Of a stretch of DNA of 64,000 nucleotides, positions 58,101 to 64,000 are shown one piece after another. The notes below the pieces were generated by a model that saw only the letters and a list, made by a program, of their open reading frames with translations, ran no database searches and was not told where the DNA came from. Both the position numbers and the translations under genes were made by a program. The first letter of the stretch is position 1, and every line of letters starts with the position of its first letter. The DNA is from Macrostomum lignano. Lineage: Eukaryota. The stretch covers positions 248,001-312,000 of the forward strand of contig NIVC01001182.1 in assembly GCA_002269645.1 (NCBI GenBank), written 5' to 3'.

Positions 58101-61100
58101 AGAGAATCGTGAGCAACGCTAACCCCAGTTGAATTAGCCGCAGTAGTGGAAGAATCGCCATTAACTAATTTCCTATAGCCAATGAGCTGAGCGTGCTCAG
58201 AGTTGGCCTGCTCAGGCGGAGCTTCGTGGCCTGATAGGCTGCGCAGATTCGAACTCAGGGCCCGCTGAGCAGGCATGCAGGTGATGCGAGGAGGCGGCGG
58301 CGGAGGTGGTAGATTCTGACGCTGCTGCTGCTGAGCTGGAGTCGATGTCGACATTGATGAGGCGCCGGCGGAGGCATTCTGAGATGGCGAACTTGAGCTG
58401 CCATCCGTGGCTGATTGTGTCTGCTGGGGGGTTAGGGGGGGTTTAATTACACTCCGGTAAAGTTTAGGCATTCACAATTAAATACTGATTTAAATATTGA
58501 AACGCTTGTGTTGGAATAGAATCCCCGAATTACATGGAATCATATCTGCAAAAATGACACCAATTAAGCTACAAAAAAGGCATCTAAAGCTACAGAAATG
58601 GCATCTTAAGCTACAAAAAAGGCATTTCTAGCTACAGAAATGGCATCTCAAGCTACAAAAATGGCATCTTAAGCTACAAAAATGGCACAATTAGCTACAA
58701 TTAGCCTCTAATTAGAAACAATGGACACTTTCTTACCTCGAGTCGCGGCTGCTGAGGCGACCCGGTTTCGGCCGCCTGCGGCGCGGGCACAGCCAACGGA
58801 TCCGGTTCCGGTTGTCCGGAATGCGGCGGATAGACGTCCTCAAATATCAGAGGCATAGTGGCCGGATCGCCGTCCAATTCCGGACAGTGCAGAGGCAGCT
58901 GAGCTAGCTGAGAATAATAAGCCGAAGTGCGGATTAGCTGGGCCAGACTCTCATAAGGAGACGCGTCCTGCAGTCTGAATAGATCGCCAACCAGCTTCTC
59001 AGTGCGAAAGTAGCCTTCGGCGAAACGGCGAACCCGCATGGCGTGGTACTGCCTGGCGCACTGGTCGATGACCGACTCTTGTAAACAGGCCGTTGATATG
59101 AACCGTTCCCATAGCAACTGGAGATCCGTTACTAGGGCGGTCATGTGACCAGTAGCCAATCGGAGTAGCTCTTCGTCGCCTTGACAAGAGTGAATCTGCT
59201 CTGATAGGCTGGCCAGACGGGAAGAGCAGTCCACCTGGTCTGTGATTGCGATGAGAAATAGAGAACTAGGTGTGTACTTTTGCACAAATAGTACTTGTAT
59301 GCGCAAAAACTTGATATAAGATTTTTAATTATCAATAATCATATTGTACTTTTAACAGATTTTTAGTCATGCTGACACAAGATCTCACGTCTATTTGTTT
59401 AAGATCCTAGATCCCAGATCCTAAATCCCAGATCCTAGATGTCAGATCCTAGATTCTAGATCCCAGATCCCAAAATCCTAGATCCCAGATCCTACATCCC
59501 ATATCCTAGATAACAGATAACAGGTCCCAGATCCCAGATCCCGAAATCCTAGATCCCAGATCCCAAAATCCTAGATCCCAGATCCCAAATTCCTAGATCC
59601 CAGATCATAAATCCCAGATTGTAGATCCTAGATCCCAGATCCTACATGTAGATCATAGATCCCAAATCCTATATCCCTGATCCTAAATCCCAGATCTCAG
59701 ATCCTTGATCCCAGATTCCATATTTTCTAGCTCCTAGATCCTAGATCTAGCACAATGATATCAGATAATGATTTAATTAACAACACTAAAGCATGCTATT
59801 ATGATTTTAGTTACTAACCTTGTAGATAATAAAAATCATTGAAAAAAGCATTTCATTATACGTTAAGTCAACTACACAGAACAGATACAGTAAATATCTG
59901 TAGATATTGAAACAATAATAACCATGCTCAAAAAATAAACTTAATAGTAGAACTACAATACATCGTAAGCAATTTGTTAGATGTTAGTAATAAAAATAAT
60001 CACAGTAAAAACTGAAATATGTTCTAAACTATCAATCAGACAATACTGAGTTAAGAGATGCATTAACACAATTTATGCTTATCATTTAAAACAGAGAACT
60101 ACACCTAGTAAAGGCAAACTAGACAAGACGATTAGATCTTCAAAATATATATATACATGTATAATATAGGAAGCGGTGAAGAAAAGAAAATGCGATGCTC
60201 TATTAAAAAGTGCAAGTTTTATCCGAGAAAAGCCGCATATCATTTCAACTGACTCCTATTCGGCTATTCGGACACCTAACTCTGCACTGATTCAGTTCAC
60301 CCAGCTGTAAAATGGGTGCCAGCAAATTAGCTGGGGTAATTGAGGGTGTGCGTGGGCGACAGCAAAAACTGGTGTGCACAAAATTATAAAAAGAATCTGC
60401 TTCAAATATTTAATAAATAGATTACGTGTACATACTACATGTTATACATTTATTGTTATATAAATAACTTACTCTCTCGTTTGACAAGTTTGCGTATGTT
60501 TTTATCTGTTACCGGCAGTTACAAGTGGGTTAATTGGATAGGGGAGTGGGAGATGAATATGATATATGATATTTATGGCATTTATATATTAATAAAAATA
60601 TGCCACAGTTTTATAGTCAACAGTCCTCGATAACCAACTTTTTATAAAGTAAAAAAACTACTAAAACTCATAATGAATGTTACCGATTGCAGACTTACCC
60701 AGTTGCATCTGCTGCATTGGCGGCAGCAGGTCGATGGCCTGTTTAAGGCTGGCCTGCAAAGACTCGTAGGCTGATAGTAGTAAATGGCAGACATTGTTGT
60801 GCACTGTTAGCACAAGCTTGCGGCGCTGTTGGACTGACTGGAAGTTCGGGGATGGAAAGGAACGGGACTGAATTAATTGGTGTTGGATAGCATAGACATG
60901 GATTTGGCTCTAGGAGGAACTGCGAGGCTGTGTCCCTGCAACTGAGGATCTGGGAGGCTGGTGGCCCTGCAACTGACGATCTGGGAGGCTGGTGGCCCTG
61001 CAACTGAGGATCTGGGAGGCTGTGTCCCTGCAACTGAGGATCTGGGGGGCTGGCTCAGCAACTGAGGATCTGGGAGACTGGCCCTGCAACGAGGATCTGG

Positions 61101-61717
61101 GAGGCTGTGTCCCTGCAACTGAGGATCTGGGAGGCTGGTGGCCCTGCAACTGAGGATCTGGGAGGCTGTGTCCCTGCAACTGAGGATCTGGGAGGCTGTG
61201 TCCCTGCAACTGAGGATCTGGGGGGCTGGCTCAGCAACTGAGGATCTGGGAGACTGGCCCTGCAACTGAGGATCTGGGAGGCTGTGTCCCTGCAACTGAG
61301 ATTCTGGGGGGCTGGCTCAGCAACTGAGGATCTGGGAGACTGGCCCTGCAACTGAGGATCTGGGAGACTGGCCCTGCAACTGAGGATCTGGGAGACTGGC
61401 CCTGCAACTGAGGAGCTGGGAGGCTGGTGGCCCAGCAACTGAGGATTTGTGAAGAGAATCCTAAGAAACAGTTAAGTACATAATTAATTAAATTAACAAG
61501 CTAAGAATCTACGAGTATAAAAAGGCATTAACAGTCGGTCGCTGCAAATCTCGGGCTCAATAAAAGCACAAATATAACACTGACCTGATTCTTTCCAACC
61601 AAAATATCTTGCAAAGCTGACAAGCTATCCTCCGGATTCTGCACATTCAACGAAGTTAAAGAGCTGAAATTTTCGGCCGAAGCCTGCTTAGCCAGGTTGG
61701 TACCGCTGTGCGAGCCC
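55106..61717 (-). CDS. FAM135A: FAM135 family protein (C-terminal DUF676 lipase-like domain); 3' six exons, 5' end outside the window
   Basis: Exons 61717-61585, 60837-60699, 59239-58737, 58423-57788, 57245-56356 and 55349-55106 are phase-consistent. Motifs: VRRFAEGYF, CPELDGD..MPLIFEDVY, HLVVCAHGLEGNSGDLRLV, ISFIGHSLG, DRYVPYHSSR, LIGRAAHIAVLDSEVFL. Confidence 0.95.
55480..56310. repeat. 32-bp minisatellite (GGGATTAGTGTGCACATTAGTACATAATCGAT) with an internally inverted block
   Basis: Direct; 55583-55659 is in the opposite orientation. Confidence 0.93.
57320..57665. repeat. 21-bp minisatellite (TTCGAAACTTGAAAATGGCAT)
   Basis: Direct. Confidence 0.93.
58565..58700. repeat. Minisatellite of about 21 bp (AAGCTACAAAAATGGCATCT)
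   Basis: Direct. Confidence 0.85.
59400..59750. repeat. 7-bp repeat (GATCCTA/GATCCCA)
   Basis: Direct. Confidence 0.9.
60271..60360 (+). mobile_element. Fragment of the CORE-like SINE
   Basis: GACACCTAACTCTGCACTGATTCAGTTCACCCAGCTGTAAAATGGGTGCCAGC matches 13341-13390. Confidence 0.85.
60930..61445 (-). repeat. Minisatellite family A, reverse orientation, variant units, in a FAM135 intron
   Basis: GCAACTGAGGATCTGGGAGGCTG is the reverse complement of the family A core. Confidence 0.92.
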
Positions 61718-62169
61718 CTGCAGGGGTTTTTGAGTGTTCAGTCAGCCAAGTCTTGGGCTTGATTACATACACAAGAATCTTGCGCATAATGGAATTGAAT
61801 TCAATGAACAACTGACTGCACACACACACACGGAGAGAGAAGAGAGGTAGAAAGAAGTAAAAGAAAATTTGCTAAAGAAAACAGCACGCGGTTTCGCTTC
61901 TCTTGGCCTCACTTACCCTCCCCCCCACCCCCACCAGGCAAGGCCAGGCCAGAACCAACCAACCAGAACTAAACCAGCTTTAAAAAAATCTGACTCGAAT
62001 TAAAGCTGGAGATGGAACCCCCCACCCCCCACACTGCCCCTACCCTCCCCCTAAACCCTCTCTGGCCTCATTCTCTCTCTCACTCCCTCACCCCCTAAGT
62101 TTCATGGAGATCTATTTAGAAATAAAACTACTTGGATTAGAAAGCATCCAGTTATTTAGGGTTGGGGGC

Positions 62170-63127
62170 GCTTTCACAAACTGGACAATTCACAAACTGA
62201 ACAATTTACAAACTGTACAATTCACAAACTGAACAATTTACAAACTGAACAATTCACAAACTGAACAATTTACAAACTGAACAATTCACAAACTGGACAA
62301 TTCACAAACTGGACAATTTACAAACTGGACAATTCACAAACTGGACAATTTACAAACTGGACAATTCACAAACTGTACAATTCACAAACTGGACAATTTA
62401 CAAACTTGGCAGTTCACAAACTAGACAATTCACAAACTTGACAATTCACAAACTAGACACTTCACAAACTGGACAATTCACAAACTAGACAATTCACAAA
62501 CTGTACAATTCACAAACTGGACACTTCACAAACTGAACAATTCACAAACTACACAATTAACAAACTGGACAATTTACAAACTGGACGATTCACAAACTAG
62601 ACAATTCACAAACTAGACAATTCACAAACTGTACAATTCACAAACTGAACAATTCACAAACTAGACAATTCACAAACTTGACAATTCACAAACTGTACAA
62701 TTCACAAACTAGACAATTCACAAACTTGGCAGTTCACAAACTGGACAATTCACAAACTGGACAATTCACAAACTACACAATTCACAAACTGTACAATTCA
62801 CAAACTGAACAATTCACAAACTAGACAATTCACAAACTTGACAATTCACAAACTGTACAATTCACAAACTAGACAATTCACAAACTTGGCAGTTCACAAA
62901 CTGGACAATTCACAAACTGGACAATTCACAAACTACACAATTAACAAACTGGACAATTTACAAACTGGACGATTCACAAACTAGACAATTCACAAACTGG
63001 ACAATTCACAAACTGGACAATTCACAAACTGGACACTTCACAAACTTGACAATTCACAAACTGGACAATTCACAAACTGGACAATTCACAAACTGGACAC
63101 TTCACAAACTGGACAATTCACAAACTG
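62170..63127. repeat. 16-bp minisatellite (CAATTCACAAACTGGA)
   Basis: About 59 units. Confidence 0.96.
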
Positions 63128-64000
63128 TGTATTATTTGCACTAGTGTGTTTTAGAGCTAAGTTTAAGCCCTAGGCCTAAAAACACAAAGTATCATAAATT
63201 AAAAATGAAACAATACAGATTAACAAAACGTAATTCTGACGTCTAGAAATCCAGATTAAACATTTAGGCCTCCTTGGCCTAGAACCAGTGTTGGCTTTGA
63301 ATACTAAGGCAAAAACTAATTCAACAGCACACAAGCTAGATTGGTACCAGCATTGTACACTTCATCACCATGTACATTGTAACGCTCTATGCAATTTCTA
63401 AAAACCTTTCTCTCCTTACACTTTAAGTCTTAGCAAGTCTGTTTTAGTCTTAGCTTTGTTGCTAAATGCTTCCTGCCGGGTTTTTTCAACCAAATTAATT
63501 GAACAAACTGTGCTTAAAGCCCTACAAGTTTGCATTTGTTTGCATTGAGAAAAAAAGAAGGCAAAATAGACAATGCTTTCTATACTTTCACTTGCACATG
63601 CGCATTAATTAACTGACTGAGATTATAGTAGAAGGCATTATTTAAATAGTTCAAGTAACACAGTGAAGAGTCCATACACATATGTAGCATATTTCCAACT
63701 GAAGCTTAGCTGAAGGAAACCCAATTCATTATTTACCTTAGTCACGATCTTGGAATGCAATAAATTAAACTGGTTTAAAATGAACATAATAACTGGCTAA
63801 ATAATAAATAGGTATATTATAACATAAACACAAAGCCAATAAGTACTTTCGATTTGTTATTACTACAGAAAGTATACATTTTCTTCTCAGTTCAAATAAC
63901 ACACTAGACAGTGGTTTACGGCTATAAAAGCTACTACTGCAAGTAGAAGGGACTCGTTGTTTTGTGACCAGATCGAAATTTAATACTAGCAAACTAATAA

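Noticed and set aside
1-64000. Prokaryotic defence or operon system
   Set aside because: All genes are spliced metazoan genes; no bacterial-type ORF clusters, tRNA or rRNA genes were detected.

Overview
This is eukaryotic (animal) genomic DNA: GC-rich spliced exons with GT-AG introns, separated by AT-rich spacers and about 35 tandem-repeat arrays. The style resembles a repeat-rich invertebrate such as a free-living flatworm, but that is inference only. Seven protein-coding loci can be supported. (1) An RMDN1-like exon (minus, 1239-1881; last exon not in window). (2) An uncharacterised gene of about 700 aa ending in Siva-like CxxC zinc-finger modules (minus, 3634-7214). (3) A single-exon 68-aa secreted Cys-rich peptide with a WWRWWWWG tail (plus, 9623-9829). 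(4) A complete 6-exon Mx-type dynamin-like GTPase (plus, 13143-19794, 692 aa) with an atypical G4 motif (TCPD). (5) A complete 12-exon long-form intersectin (EH-EH-coil-5xSH3-DH-PH-C2; minus, 24878-48972, 1755 aa). (6) A 2-exon Na+/K+-ATPase beta subunit (minus, 50648-52903). (7) The 3' six exons of FAM135 (minus, 55106-61717). Mobile DNA includes the 3' end of an LTR element, a tRNA/CORE-type SINE family (3 copies) and a 1.3-kb TSD-flanked insertion. Most long ORFs in the supplied track are translations of minisatellites. The most interesting signals are the candidate immune pair (secreted Cys/Trp peptide plus Mx, each with kappaB/IRF-like upstream motifs), the Mx G4 substitutions, the short intersectin SH3E-DH linker and several structured repeats. 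Exon junctions were derived by hand and are phase-consistent. Comparisons with human proteins are from recall, not database searches.
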